64,000 bases of DNA from Acutalibacteraceae bacterium (GTDB taxonomy: Bacteria; Bacillota; Clostridia; Oscillospirales; Acutalibacteraceae). The DNA is taken from the NCBI GenBank assembly GCA_045657845.1, contig JAZOTY010000139.1:2830-66829 (forward strand). The letters run 5' to 3'. How positions within the stretch are numbered: the first letter of the stretch is position 1; each line of letters starts with the position of its first letter. The notes beneath the pieces were generated by a model that saw only the letters and a list, made by a program, of their open reading frames with translations, was not told the origin of the DNA and made no database searches. A program made the translations under genes and the position numbers. This document shows, in pieces, positions 9,888-19,491 of the stretch.

Positions 9888-11183
9888 TTGGATAAGTTTT
9901 GTATCAACGGAGGGAAGCGACTGGAGGGAGTCGTCGACATCAGCGGAGCCAAGAACTCTGTCGTCGCCATCCTGCCGGCCACGCTGCTGGCGGAAGGCCC
10001 CTGCCGTATCGAGAATATCCCCGACATTTCCGACGTCACCTGCATGCTGGAAATGCTGGAGGCAATGGGTGCCCGCATCCGTTCCATCAATCCTCACACC
10101 TATGAGATCGACACCTCGGTCATCAGTTCCTATACCGTACCCTATGAGCTGACCCGTCATCTGCGGGCGTCCTACTACCTGCTGGGTGCCCTGCTCGGCC
10201 GCTGCTCCACCGCCCGTGTCGCTATGCCCGGCGGCTGCGACTTCGGCGGGGTCCGTCCCATCGACCAGCACCTCAAAGGGTTCGAAATGCTCGGCGCCAC
10301 CGTCTCCATGGAGGAGAACGCGTTCGTCCACGCCAGAGCAGACCACCTGACCGGCAACTCCATCTACATGGACGTCGTCTCGGTCGGTGCCACCATGAAC
10401 ATCATGCTGGCCGCCGTCAAGGCGAGAGGCCTCACGGTCATTGAAAATGCCGCGAAAGAGCCCCACATCGTCGACCTGGCCAACTTCCTGAACTCCATGG
10501 GCGCCGATGTCCGCGGCGCCGGTACCGACGTCATCAAGATCCGCGGCGTCGAGAGCATGCACGGCTGCGACTACTCGGTCATCCCCGACCAGATCGAAGC
10601 CGGCACGTACATGGCGGCAGTCGCTGCCTGCGGCGGCGACGTGCTCATCCGCAACGTCGTTCCGAAGCATCTCGAATCCATCATCGCGAAACTGGTCGAA
10701 GCCGGTGTCACGGTGGAGGAAGACGACGATGCCGTCCGCGTCATCGCGGACAAACCGCTGACCAAAGTCAACATCAAGACCATGCCCCATCCGGGCTTCC
10801 CGACCGACATGCAGCCTCAGATGGCAGCGGCCCTGTGCCTTGCCAACGGCACCAGCATCGTCTCGGAAGGCGTCTGGGACAGCCGGTTCAAATATGTCGA
10901 TCAGCTGACCCGTATGGGCGCTCACATCGAAGTCAACGGCAAAGTGGCCATCATCCAGGGGGTCGACCACCTGAACGGATGCCCGGTCAAGGCCTATGAC
11001 CTTCGCGCCGGTGCCGCCATGATCATTGCCGGTCTCGCCGCCGTGGGACACACGGAAGTCGAGAACGTCATCTTCATCGACCGCGGCTACGAGAACGTCG
11101 TTGAAAAATTCTCGGCTCTGGGCGCAGACATTTCCCGCGAACCCATTCTGGACCATCCCGACAAGATCCAGAACGCGGGCTGA
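9888..11183 (+). CDS. murA: UDP-N-acetylglucosamine 1-carboxyvinyltransferase
   Basis: 431 aa with a TTG start (AGGAGA 9 nt upstream). MDKFCINGGKRLEGVVDISGAKNS... is typical of MurA. Full-length EPSP-synthase-fold layout. Confidence 0.95.
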   Translation: MDKFCINGGKRLEGVVDISGAKNSVVAILPATLLAEGPCRIENIPDISDVTCMLEMLEAMGARIRSINPHTYEIDTSVISSYTVPYELTRHLRASYYLLGALLGRCSTARVAMPGGCDFGGVRPIDQHLKGFEMLGATVSMEENAFVHARADHLTGNSIYMDVVSVGATMNIMLAAVKARGLTVIENAAKEPHIVDLANFLNSMGADVRGAGTDVIKIRGVESMHGCDYSVIPDQIEAGTYMAAVAACGGDVLIRNVVPKHLESIIAKLVEAGVTVEEDDDAVRVIADKPLTKVNIKTMPHPGFPTDMQPQMAAALCLANGTSIVSEGVWDSRFKYVDQLTRMGAHIEVNGKVAIIQGVDHLNGCPVKAYDLRAGAAMIIAGLAAVGHTEVENVIFIDRGYENVVEKFSALGADISREPILDHPDKIQNAG

Positions 11184-11194
11184 ACAAACGACAG

Positions 11195-11227
11195 GGGGTG
11201 CGTTCCGAACGCACCCCTTCTTTTATT
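11195..11227 (+). terminator. Intrinsic terminator after murA
   Basis: GGGGTGCG / CGCACCCC stem with a 7-nt loop, followed by TTCTTTTATT. Confidence 0.75.
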
Positions 11228-11247
11228 CTATCGAAAGGGGGAGACCG

Positions 11248-12048
11248 ATGAGCGGCGAAGTCTTCGGGACTCTGTATTCCGGCAGCAGCGGCAATTCCAC
11301 GTACATCGGGGACCGCACCGGCGGCATCCTCGTGGATGTGGGCAAGAATGCCAAACAGACGACGCTGGCGCTGCGGGAGATCGGTGTATCGCCCGAGCAG
11401 ATCCATGCCATCTTCGTGACCCATGAGCACACCGACCACATCTGCGGGCTCCGGGTCTTCGCGAACCGGTACCGCATCCCGGTCTACGCGTCTCTCGGGA
11501 CGCTCGAGGCCCTCGATGAGAAAGGCCACCTGAAGGGCGATTTCCCGGTGTTCCAGATGACGGATACCGCCGACATCGGCGACTTCCACGTACAGTGCTT
11601 CCACACGTCCCACGACTGCGCGGAGGGGATGGGGTACTCCATCACGCTTCCCGGCGGCAAACGGGTCTCGGTGGCCACGGACCTCGGCATCATGACCGAG
11701 GAAGTGAAACGTGTCCTCCTCGGGAGCCAGGCGGTCCTGCTCGAGTCGAACCACGACCTCGGGATGCTGTTCAACGGGCCTTACCCCTATGTGCTGAAAC
11801 AGCGCATCAACTCCGAGTTCGGCCATCTCAACAACGACGACGCGGCGGACACCGCGCTGGAACTCGTCCGATCCGGGACGAAACAGCTCATTCTCGGCCA
11901 TCTGAGTTCGGAAAACAACCTGCCGGACCTCGCGTACCAGACCACCGCGTCCATGCTGCTGACCGGCGGCGCGCGGGTCGGCGATGACTGTCTTCTCGAC
12001 GTGGCTCCCCGCCACCGGACCCTGCTGACGGAGGTGCCCTCATGCTGA
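11248..12048 (+). CDS. MBL-fold metallo-hydrolase (YycJ/WalJ-like)
   Basis: The track ORF 11026-12048 overlaps murA. The internal ATG at 11248 (GGGGGAG SD) gives 266 aa, MSGEVFGTLYSGSSGNSTYI..., with the HEHTDH metal motif. Confidence 0.85.
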   Translation: MSGEVFGTLYSGSSGNSTYIGDRTGGILVDVGKNAKQTTLALREIGVSPEQIHAIFVTHEHTDHICGLRVFANRYRIPVYASLGTLEALDEKGHLKGDFPVFQMTDTADIGDFHVQCFHTSHDCAEGMGYSITLPGGKRVSVATDLGIMTEEVKRVLLGSQAVLLESNHDLGMLFNGPYPYVLKQRINSEFGHLNNDDAADTALELVRSGTKQLILGHLSSENNLPDLAYQTTASMLLTGGARVGDDCLLDVAPRHRTLLTEVPSC

Positions 12049-12524
12049 ATGTCACCCTCATCGTTCCCGGAAAACTCAAGGAGAAGTACCTCGAGGCGGC
12101 GCAGGACGAATACAGGAAGCGATTGACCGCCTTTTGTAAATTGAATATAATAGAGGTTAGCGTAGAACGTCTGCCCTCGGAGCCATCGGACGCGGAGATC
12201 GCCGCGGCGCTGGAAAAAGAGGGGAAACGCATCCTCGCATCGGTCCCCAGTCAGTCTTATACGTACGCCCTCTGCATCGAGGGGAAACCGCGTACGTCGG
12301 TCGAATTCAGCAGAGAGCTCGACCGTCTGGCCGTGAGCGGGACCAGTCATGTCACTTTGATCATCGGCAGTTCCTACGGGCTGTCCGATGAAGTCAAACA
12401 GTTTGCAGACGCGTCACTTTCCATGTCGGAGATGACCTTTCCTCATCAGCTGGCCCGCATCATGCTTCTGGAGCAGCTCTACCGCGCGTTCCAGATCCGA
12501 TCCGGCGGAAAGTACCACAAGTAA
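12042..12524 (+). CDS. rlmH: 23S rRNA (pseudouridine1915-N3)-methyltransferase
   Basis: 160 aa SPOUT protein, MLNVTLIVPGKLKEKYLEAAQDEYRKRL...IGSSYGL. Overlaps the preceding stop by 7 nt. Confidence 0.92.
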   Translation: MLNVTLIVPGKLKEKYLEAAQDEYRKRLTAFCKLNIIEVSVERLPSEPSDAEIAAALEKEGKRILASVPSQSYTYALCIEGKPRTSVEFSRELDRLAVSGTSHVTLIIGSSYGLSDEVKQFADASLSMSEMTFPHQLARIMLLEQLYRAFQIRSGGKYHK

Positions 12525-12538
12525 CATCAGGAGGACTT

Positions 12539-13114
12539 ATGGCACGGCGTAAAGATAAATACGATGTCGATCCCGACCTCATCCGTTCTCTGGAGGAGGA
12601 TCCCGACGACTACGATTACGATGAAGACGAATACGACTATGAAGACGATGCCCTGACATCCGGCCGGGTGAAATGGGCCTGGGTCTTCCTGTTCCTCGCG
12701 CTGGGTGTTCTGATCGGCGCGCTGGTCTTCTCCTTGTTCAGTAAAAACCAGGCGAAGAACGCGGTGACCACCACGATCACGACCAGTATCGTCTCGACCG
12801 AGAACGAGCTGCTGACCCCGACCGAACTCACGTCGGCCGTGGCGTCCACCGTCACCGAAGAGGGCGACACCACGACGAAGGCGTCCATCGTCCGCACCAC
12901 GTACTATGTGGTCCCGAACACGACCAGACGGATCACGACCCGGACGGCGCGCCCGACGGCAACGCAGACGCGTACCCAGACTCAGACCCAGTCGCAGACG
13001 CAGTCTCAGACCCAGTCGCAGACACAGTCTCAGACCCAGTCGCAGACGCAATCCCAGACGCAGTCCCAGTCTCACTCCGAGACCCCGGACCCGACCCCGA
13101 CTCCGAGCGAGTAG
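12539..13114 (+). CDS. Hypothetical bitopic membrane protein with an acidic N-terminus and a Thr/Gln/Ser-repeat tail
   Basis: 191 aa with an AGGAGG SD. Acidic DPDDYDYDEDEYDYEDD, a single TM helix WAWVFLFLALGVLIGALVFSLF, then Thr-rich sequence and (TQSQ)n. No recognisable domain. Confidence 0.65.
   Translation: MARRKDKYDVDPDLIRSLEEDPDDYDYDEDEYDYEDDALTSGRVKWAWVFLFLALGVLIGALVFSLFSKNQAKNAVTTTITTSIVSTENELLTPTELTSAVASTVTEEGDTTTKASIVRTTYYVVPNTTRRITTRTARPTATQTRTQTQTQSQTQSQTQSQTQSQTQSQTQSQTQSQSHSETPDPTPTPSE
12962..13075 (+). repeat. In-frame tandem repeat (24-nt unit CAGTCTCAGACCCAGTCGCAGAC[A/G]) encoding (TQSQ)n
   Basis: Units 13001-13024 and 13025-13048 are 23/24 identical and are flanked by degenerate copies. 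Confidence 0.9.
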
Positions 13115-13185
13115 ATCGCCCGAAATAAACACAAACACAAACACACAACAAGACCCATCGCTCAACGAAAGGAGCGCGTAGCAAC

Positions 13186-14529
13186 ATGGCAATGAAAGAC
13201 ATCCTCGGACGGTTCAAAAAAGAACCGGAAGAAGAATACATCCCGGAGGAAGAATTCGTTCCGGAAGAGGCGCCGTCAGAGGAGAAACCCAGTTTCGTCT
13301 TCACGGACATCAACTCGGAACCGATCGACCCCGTCACGGCGGAGCCGGTCCCGGAAACGCCGGCCCACAGCGGCCCGGTCAAAGTCGGGTCTTCGGACAA
13401 CGACCGCATCCAGATGTTCGAGATCGACCTCGGCGGCAGCAAAGTGAAACTGCCCGAAGAGCCGGTCATCGAAGTGCCTCCGGTCGTGGAAGAGCCGGTC
13501 TATGAGACCTATGTCCCGGTCAGCACTCCTGCCCCGGAACCGGAACCGGAAGACACCATCGTCGTCGCACCGACCCCGGAAGCGGCCGGCGCGGAAGAGG
13601 ACTATGAAGTCGATTTCGGCTACTCGGCCCCCGGCGCTCTGGACGATGTGACCTACACGACCGACCCCGCGGCAGTCCCGCAGCCGGCCGAACCGGAACC
13701 CGTCGTCTACAGCCGTTCCGAAGCGCCCGCGGACAACGACGATGAGTATTACGACAGCTACGAGCCCATGTTCGAAGAGTCCTACGGCCCCGGCTCCTAC
13801 TTTGCCGGTGAAGAGAACCCTGCCGCCGAAGTGTTCGACGCTCCGGCCGACGAGGCTCCGGAAGTGGCAGAGCCCGTCGAGGAAGTGAACGGGCCCGCCG
13901 CCATCCCGACCTACAAGGACGACCGCCCCCGGTACGAGAATTACCGCAAAGCGAAGAACAAAGCCCGTTACAGAGAGGAACCCCGTTCTTACGAGAACAA
14001 CATCGATGACAGTGTGTTCCTGCCCGATGAAGGCGATACACCGGTCTTCAGCCGCAAGAACCGCCGCCGTCTGACCATCGCCATCCTCGCGGTCCTGGTC
14101 GCTCTTCTGTTCGTCCTCGGCGGATTCCTCATCTCGCACTTCACCCACTCCGGCAAAGACGCCGAAACGGCGACGACCGCGAAAGTGAAGACCACGGCGT
14201 TCGAGCGCAGCGTCTCCAACAACGCGTCCGCGACCGAGACCACGACGGTCGAAGAGATCACGGCCCAGTACGATGAGAACGGTGAGATCACCGAGTCCAC
14301 CGCATCGACCACCTACAGCACGAGCCGCCGGCCCTCGACCACACGGACGACCACGCGTACGACGACCCGCACGACCACGCGTACGACGACCCGCAGCACG
14401 ACTGCTTCGACGACGCAGCCGTCCACCGCGCCGCCCACGACGACGCCGTCCACGGCAGTCCCGTCGACCCAGCCGTCGACCAACCCGACGACACAGGCGC
14501 CCAGCCCCTGGGATCAGATCAACCGCTGA
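13186..14529 (+). CDS. Hypothetical bitopic membrane protein with a long acidic Pro/Glu-rich N-terminus and a Thr-rich tail
   Basis: 447 aa with an AAAGGAG SD. About 290 aa of acidic low-complexity sequence, a TM helix LTIAILAVLVALLFVLGGFLISHF, then TTRTTTRTTTRTTTRTTTRS and a P/S/T-rich end. No recognisable domain. Confidence 0.65.
   Translation: MAMKDILGRFKKEPEEEYIPEEEFVPEEAPSEEKPSFVFTDINSEPIDPVTAEPVPETPAHSGPVKVGSSDNDRIQMFEIDLGGSKVKLPEEPVIEVPPVVEEPVYETYVPVSTPAPEPEPEDTIVVAPTPEAAGAEEDYEVDFGYSAPGALDDVTYTTDPAAVPQPAEPEPVVYSRSEAPADNDDEYYDSYEPMFEESYGPGSYFAGEENPAAEVFDAPADEAPEVAEPVEEVNGPAAIPTYKDDRPRYENYRKAKNKARYREEPRSYENNIDDSVFLPDEGDTPVFSRKNRRRLTIAILAVLVALLFVLGGFLISHFTHSGKDAETATTAKVKTTAFERSVSNNASATETTTVEEITAQYDENGEITESTASTTYSTSRRPSTTRTTTRTTTRTTTRTTTRSTTASTTQPSTAPPTTTPSTAVPSTQPSTNPTTQAPSPWDQINR
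14347..14394 (+). repeat. Perfect 24-nt x2 in-frame tandem repeat (ACGACCACGCGTACGACGACCCGC) encoding TTTRTTTR
   Basis: 14347-14370 is identical to 14371-14394. Confidence 0.9.
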
Positions 14530-14550
14530 CCCGGGCCCGGACAAAAAGAA

Positions 14551-14586
14551 ACCGGACAGCTCATGGAGCTGTCCGGTATTTTTTTG
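14551..14586. terminator. Bidirectional intrinsic terminator between convergent genes
   Basis: ACCGGACAGCTC, loop ATG, GAGCTGTCCGGT. Flanked by AAAAAGAA on the left and ATTTTTTT on the right. Confidence 0.8.
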
Positions 14587-14611
14587 ATTGGGATGCCGTA
14601 AAGCCGGAGGC

Positions 14612-15484
14612 TTAGTAAGCGACGGACCAGTTCTGTTCCAGGGAGAACGCGAAGGCGTCGGAACCCTGAGTGACATAGGTCGGCATCTTGTAGTAGAGGC
14701 TCGTCAGTCTGCCGTTGGCATCGATGGTGCCGCGAAGGGTGACGCCCTTGCAGGTCCAGGTGCCGATCGGGATGCTGATGGTGGAGACACACTTGGAAGA
14801 GTTGCTGTAGGTGCCGGGGTTGTCGTCCTTGACGACGATGGTGACGACCTTGCTGGAGCCGTTGCTCTGGACCGTAGCGGACTTGATGTCAGACGCGCTG
14901 AGGTTGCAGGTGTAGTTCTTCTTCTCGACCGGGAACTTGTCTCTCAGTTCGGAAGCGCCGTTGGCAACGACTTTCTCAGACTTGGTGCCCTCTTTGAAGC
15001 CGAAGCTCGAGTAGAGGGACGGGATGGAACCGCTGATGGTCCGGATGGTCTCGGACGTACGGGTGGCAGACTTCGCAGTGGTCTTGACTTTGTTGGCCGC
15101 GCTCTTGTAGAGCTCGAGCGCTTCGGCTGCGGTGTAGGAAGTCTTGTTCGCGGCGGGAGCAGCGGAGCCGGCCTTGGCGGAACCCGCTTTGGCAGCACCG
15201 GCAGGTGCACCGGCAGTGGCGGCGCCACCGGCCGTCACGGTAGAACCGGAAGCGGCGGGGCCGGCATAGGAGCCGTAAGCGGAGCGGTCAGCGGCGGAGC
15301 TGTTGGGGGCCGGAGCCACGGACTCATAAGTGTCGTTGAAACCGGGTTCATACTGAACACCGTCGACCTCATAGTCCCATCCGTCTTTCAGGAAGTTCCG
15401 GGTCGCTTCGGAGCAACCGGTCATCATGAGGACCATGGCGAGCGCCATGAGGATCGCAAAGATGCGAGCTGTTCTGGTTTTCAT
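14612..15484 (-). CDS. Hypothetical lipoprotein
   Basis: 290 aa with a GAAGGAG SD. Signal peptide with lipobox MKTRTARIFAILMALAMVLMMTGC, an Ala/Gly/Ser-rich linker, then a globular C-terminal part. No recognisable domain. Confidence 0.7.
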   Translation of the reverse strand: MKTRTARIFAILMALAMVLMMTGCSEATRNFLKDGWDYEVDGVQYEPGFNDTYESVAPAPNSSAADRSAYGSYAGPAASGSTVTAGGAATAGAPAGAAKAGSAKAGSAAPAANKTSYTAAEALELYKSAANKVKTTAKSATRTSETIRTISGSIPSLYSSFGFKEGTKSEKVVANGASELRDKFPVEKKNYTCNLSASDIKSATVQSNGSSKVVTIVVKDDNPGTYSNSSKCVSTISIPIGTWTCKGVTLRGTIDANGRLTSLYYKMPTYVTQGSDAFAFSLEQNWSVAY

Positions 15485-15660
15485 AATCGTGTTCTCCTTC
15501 TGTTGGATTGTACTGTCGCGCGACAGCGTATTAACAGGTCAAAACCATTATATTACAGAGCTCTTTTTGCTGGCAAGAGTTTTTGTACGAACCTGTTATT
15601 GGAAAAGCTTGCCAAAAGGAGCGGGCGTGATACAATAAGGGAAATGAAGGAGATAACTCT

Positions 15661-16386
15661 ATGCTGAGTCAACTGGATTATTTACGAGATTTCAATACAG
15701 CGTCCGTCATCCTGCGGCTGATCCTCGCGCTGGTCATGGGAGGCCTCATCGGCCTCGACCGTGGTCTGCGGCACCGGCCGGCGGGCCCGCGGACGTATAC
15801 CCTCGTCTGCATCGGAGCGTCTCTGACGATGGTCCTGAGCCAGTATGAGTACGTCATGCTGATGACGGACTGGGCGCCGATGGCGGAAGCGGTCGGGCTC
15901 AAGACCGATGTGTCACGGTTCGGGGCCCAGGTCATCAACGGCATCGGTTTCCTCGGCGCCGGCACCGTCATCGCGACGAACCAGCAGAAGGTCAAGGGCC
16001 TCACCACCGCATCCGGTCTCTGGGCGTCGGCCTGTCTCGGACTGGTCATCGGAGCGGGGTTCTACGAGGCGGCGGTGTTCGCCTTCCTCCTCATCCTCGC
16101 CACCATGTGGCTCCTGCGGCCGGTGGAAGAGTACTTCATCGAACGGTCCCGCAACCTCAACCTCTACGTCGAGTTCCGTTCCATGGGCGATATGGGGGAG
16201 GTCCTCCGCACCATCAAGGAACAGGACATCAGCATCTTCGATATGGACATCCACCACGGCAAGGAGCAGATCATCCAGAAGCCGAATGCAGTCCTGTACC
16301 TGCGGATGCCCCACCGAAGGGCGCACCACGAAGTCGTTGCACAACTGGCAGACCTCGACGAGGTCTACACCGTCAAAGAATTGTAA
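15661..16386 (+). CDS. MgtC/SapB-family membrane protein
   Basis: 241 aa. LILALVMGGLIGLDRGLRHRPAGPRTYTLVCIGASL is typical of the MgtC N-domain. Soluble ACT-like C-terminal part. Confidence 0.85.
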   Translation: MLSQLDYLRDFNTASVILRLILALVMGGLIGLDRGLRHRPAGPRTYTLVCIGASLTMVLSQYEYVMLMTDWAPMAEAVGLKTDVSRFGAQVINGIGFLGAGTVIATNQQKVKGLTTASGLWASACLGLVIGAGFYEAAVFAFLLILATMWLLRPVEEYFIERSRNLNLYVEFRSMGDMGEVLRTIKEQDISIFDMDIHHGKEQIIQKPNAVLYLRMPHRRAHHEVVAQLADLDEVYTVKEL

Positions 16387-16402
16387 GGAGGGAAGAGCTG
16401 AC

Positions 16403-17095
16403 ATGTTTTCGATGTTTGACAGTGTTCGGGACATCACCGTCCTCTCCGTCGGCCTCCGCCTTCTCCTGACGTTCCTGTGCGGCGCGCTCATCGGCCTCGA
16501 ACGGGAGTTCAAACGCCGGCCGGCCGGGTTCCGGACCCACATCCTCATCTGTATCGGAGCCGCCATGACCACCATGACCGGTCAGTACCTGTTCCTCTCC
16601 CAGGGCCTCTTTACCGACATGGCCCGTCTCGGAGCGCAGGTCATCGCCGGCATCGGTTTCATCGGCGCCGGCACCATCATCGTCACCCGCCGCAACCAGA
16701 TCAAGGGCCTGACCACCGCCGCCGGTCTCTGGACCTGCGCCATCGTCGGCCTCGCCATCGGCGCCGGGTTCTACGAGGGCGGGCTCATCGCCACCGCGCT
16801 GGTCATCGTGTCGGAACTGGTCATCGCCAATCTGGAGTACACGTTCCTGCGCCGGCATCCGGAGATCAACGTCTATCTCGAATTTCGCAGCAGGTCGGTC
16901 CTCGAGGCCGTCTTTGACGGGCTCAAGGAGGACAATGTCAAAGTCCGGAACCTCGAGATCACGCGGACCAAGGAAAAGGACGTCATGAACTCGAGCGCCA
17001 TCTTCACGCTCCGGTTCCAGAAAGCGGTCCCCGCGGAAGAGGTCCTGGCCTCCATCCGGGCGATCGACGGCGTGTACCTTGCGGAAGAACTGTGA
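16403..17095 (+). CDS. MgtC/SapB-family membrane protein (tandem paralogue)
   Basis: The track ORF 15908-17095 overlaps the previous gene. The ATG at 16403 (AAGGAGGGAAG SD) gives 230 aa, MFSMFDSVRDITVLSVGLRLLLTFLCGALIGLEREFKRRPAGFRTH... Confidence 0.85.
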   Translation: MFSMFDSVRDITVLSVGLRLLLTFLCGALIGLEREFKRRPAGFRTHILICIGAAMTTMTGQYLFLSQGLFTDMARLGAQVIAGIGFIGAGTIIVTRRNQIKGLTTAAGLWTCAIVGLAIGAGFYEGGLIATALVIVSELVIANLEYTFLRRHPEINVYLEFRSRSVLEAVFDGLKEDNVKVRNLEITRTKEKDVMNSSAIFTLRFQKAVPAEEVLASIRAIDGVYLAEEL

Positions 17096-17107
17096 TCGTC
17101 AAAAACA

Positions 17108-17144
17108 GAAAAGACCTCAGGCAGCTGCCTGAGGTCTTCTTTTA
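17108..17144. terminator. Bidirectional intrinsic terminator (mgtC paralogue / serA)
   Basis: Perfect palindrome AAGACCTCAGGCAG|CTGCCTGAGGTCTT (17111-17138), flanked by an A-run and a T-run. Confidence 0.8.
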
Positions 17145-17153
17145 TTCAGTGGT

Positions 17154-18317
17154 TCAGCCAAGGATGGCACGGACCCGGATGACACCTTCGATCGCTTCGA
17201 TATCTTTGATCATCTGCTCGTTGATGTCGCCGTTCACTTCAAGGATCGTGTAGGAGATGTCGCCTTTGGACCGGTTCATGAAGTCGTTGATGTTGGAGTC
17301 CACGAACTGGCTCGTGATGCCTCTCAGAACGTTCGGGACATTCTGGTGGATGACACAGAGACGGTTCTTGCAGACACGGGCCATTTCGGCGTTGGGCATG
17401 TTGACCGAGTTGCGGATGTTGCCGTTCTCGAGGTACTCGATGAGTTCATAGGCAGCCATCTTCGCGCAGTTGTCCTCCGACTCCGGCGTGGAGGCGCCGA
17501 GGTGGGGCATGGCGATGACGCCGGGGACGCCGAGAAGGCTGTCGTCGGCGAAGTCGGTGGCATAGGCCGCGACCTTACCGCTCTCGAGAGCTTCGATCAT
17601 GTCGGCGGAGTTGACCAGTTCGCCGCGGGCGAAGTTGACGATGCGGACACCGTCCTTCATCTTGGCGATGGTCTCCTTGCAGACCGTGTACTTCGTGTCG
17701 TCGGTCAGCGGGATGTGGACCGTGATGTAATCGCAGTTCGTGAAGATGTCGTCGAGGGTGGGGGCGTGCCGGATATGGCTCGACAGGTTCCAGGCCGCGT
17801 CGACCGAGAGGTACGGATCGTAGCCGTAGACATGCATGCCGAGGGTGCGCGCGGCGTTTGCCACACGGACACCGATGGCGCCGAGGCCGACGACACCGAG
17901 AGTCTTGCCGGTCAGTTCGGGGCCGGTGAAGGCGTTCTTGCCTTTCTCGACGAGCTTGGCGACTTCATCGCCCTTGCCCTTCAGGGAGTTCGCGAACTCG
18001 ATGCCGGGGATGATCTTCCGGGAGGTGAGGAACAGGGCGCAGAGGACCAGCTCCTTGACCGCGTTGGCGTTGGCACCGGGGGTGTTGAAGACGACGATGC
18101 CCTCTTCCGCGCAGCGGTCGACCGGGACGTTGTTGGTGCCTGCGCCGGCTCTGGCGATGGCGAGGGTGTTCGGAGCGAACTGCATGTCGTGCATCTTGGC
18201 GCTGCGGACCAGGATGGCGTCCGGGTCCGGGATGTCGGTACCGATGATATATTTCTCGGGGTCCAGCTGTGCGAGGCCGGCCTCCGAAATGTTGTTGAGA
18301 GTCAGGATCTTGTACAT
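17154..18317 (-). CDS. serA: D-3-phosphoglycerate dehydrogenase
   Basis: 387 aa. 2-hydroxyacid dehydrogenase fold with GVVGLGAIGVRVA NAD motif and a C-terminal ACT-like domain. Adjacent to serC. Confidence 0.9.
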   Translation of the reverse strand: MYKILTLNNISEAGLAQLDPEKYIIGTDIPDPDAILVRSAKMHDMQFAPNTLAIARAGAGTNNVPVDRCAEEGIVVFNTPGANANAVKELVLCALFLTSRKIIPGIEFANSLKGKGDEVAKLVEKGKNAFTGPELTGKTLGVVGLGAIGVRVANAARTLGMHVYGYDPYLSVDAAWNLSSHIRHAPTLDDIFTNCDYITVHIPLTDDTKYTVCKETIAKMKDGVRIVNFARGELVNSADMIEALESGKVAAYATDFADDSLLGVPGVIAMPHLGASTPESEDNCAKMAAYELIEYLENGNIRNSVNMPNAEMARVCKNRLCVIHQNVPNVLRGITSQFVDSNINDFMNRSKGDISYTILEVNGDINEQMIKDIEAIEGVIRVRAILG

Positions 18318-18335
18318 GACGGGGTGGATCCTCCT

Positions 18336-19424
18336 TTATTCAGCGGTATGAGCTTCTTCGAACTCTTTCATGTAAGCGACGAGGGCTTCGACGCCTTCGA
18401 CCGGCATGGCGTTGTAGATGGAGGCGCGCATGCCGCCGACGGAACGGTGGCCCTTGATGTTGATGAGGCCGTTCTCGGTGCAGCCCCTGATGAACTCGGC
18501 ATTGAGCTCGTCAGAGTCTGTGACGAAGGGGACGTTCATGAGGGAGCGGTCCTTCTTCGCGACCGTGCCTTTGAACATGCTGCTCTCGTCGAGATAGTTG
18601 TAGAGGATAGACGCCTTGGCTTCGTTGCGTCTCTTCATCTCGGTAAGGCCGCCCATCTTGAGGAGCCACTGGAAGACGAGACCGGCCATGTAGATGCACC
18701 AGCAGGGAGGGGTGTTGTACATGGAGCCGGAGCCTGCCATGGTCTCATAGTTGAGCATGGTCGGGGTGATGTCCCTCGCGTGGCCGAGGAGGTCTTCCCG
18801 GATGATGCAGATGGTGAGGCCGGCGGGGGCGATGTTCTTCTGAGCGCCGCCGTACAGCATGCCGAACTTCGACACGTCGAGGGGCTCGGAGAGGAAGCAG
18901 GAAGAGATGTCGGCGATGAGCGGGACGTCACCGGTCTCGGGGAGGTCGCGCATGAGGTTGCCGTGGACCGTTTCGTTCATGCAGATGTAGAAGTAGTCGG
19001 CATCGGGACGGAACTCGGCGGGGTCCGCTTCGGGGACGCAGGAGAAGTTCTGGTCCGCGCTGGAAGCGACGATCTTCACATCGCCGTAGCGGGATGCTTC
19101 TGCCGCAGCCTTTTTGGACCAGACGCCGGAAACGATGTAGTCGGCTTTGCCGCTGCCGTTCATGAAGTTCAGGGGGATGGCGGCGAACTGGGTGGACGCG
19201 CCGCCCTGCAGGAACAGGACTTTGTAGTTGTCCGGGATGTCCATGAGGGTGCGGAGGTCCGCTTCCGCCTGATCGATGATCGCCTGATACTCCTTGCTGC
19301 GGTGGGACATTTCCATGACGGATTCGCCGGTGCCCTCGTAATCGAGCAGTTCATCGGCCGCCTTGTTCAGGACGGATTCCGGGAGCATGGAAGGGCCCGC
19401 GGAGAAGTTGAATACTCTAGCCAT
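18336..19424 (-). CDS. serC: Phosphoserine aminotransferase
   Basis: 362 aa. MARVFNFSAGPSMLPESVL... is typical of SerC. Full length. Confidence 0.95.
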   Translation of the reverse strand: MARVFNFSAGPSMLPESVLNKAADELLDYEGTGESVMEMSHRSKEYQAIIDQAEADLRTLMDIPDNYKVLFLQGGASTQFAAIPLNFMNGSGKADYIVSGVWSKKAAAEASRYGDVKIVASSADQNFSCVPEADPAEFRPDADYFYICMNETVHGNLMRDLPETGDVPLIADISSCFLSEPLDVSKFGMLYGGAQKNIAPAGLTICIIREDLLGHARDITPTMLNYETMAGSGSMYNTPPCWCIYMAGLVFQWLLKMGGLTEMKRRNEAKASILYNYLDESSMFKGTVAKKDRSLMNVPFVTDSDELNAEFIRGCTENGLINIKGHRSVGGMRASIYNAMPVEGVEALVAYMKEFEEAHTAE

Positions 19425-19491
19425 AATCTATGTTGCCTCCCTAAAGTAGGTTATTGGTAAAGTGAACACTGCCCACTGGACAGCATGCACA

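Noticed and set aside
15485-15660. M-box (Mg2+) riboswitch upstream of the tandem MgtC genes. Also the 14-bp perfect palindrome CTGTCGCGCGACAG (15513-15526).
   Set aside because: The mgtC promoter (TTGCCA-N16-TACAAT, 15609-15636) leaves a leader of about 20 nt, with no room for a ~170-nt M-box and no M-box-like conserved segments. The palindrome lies in the short 5' UTR of the divergent lipoprotein gene and is noted only as a possible minor operator or stem.
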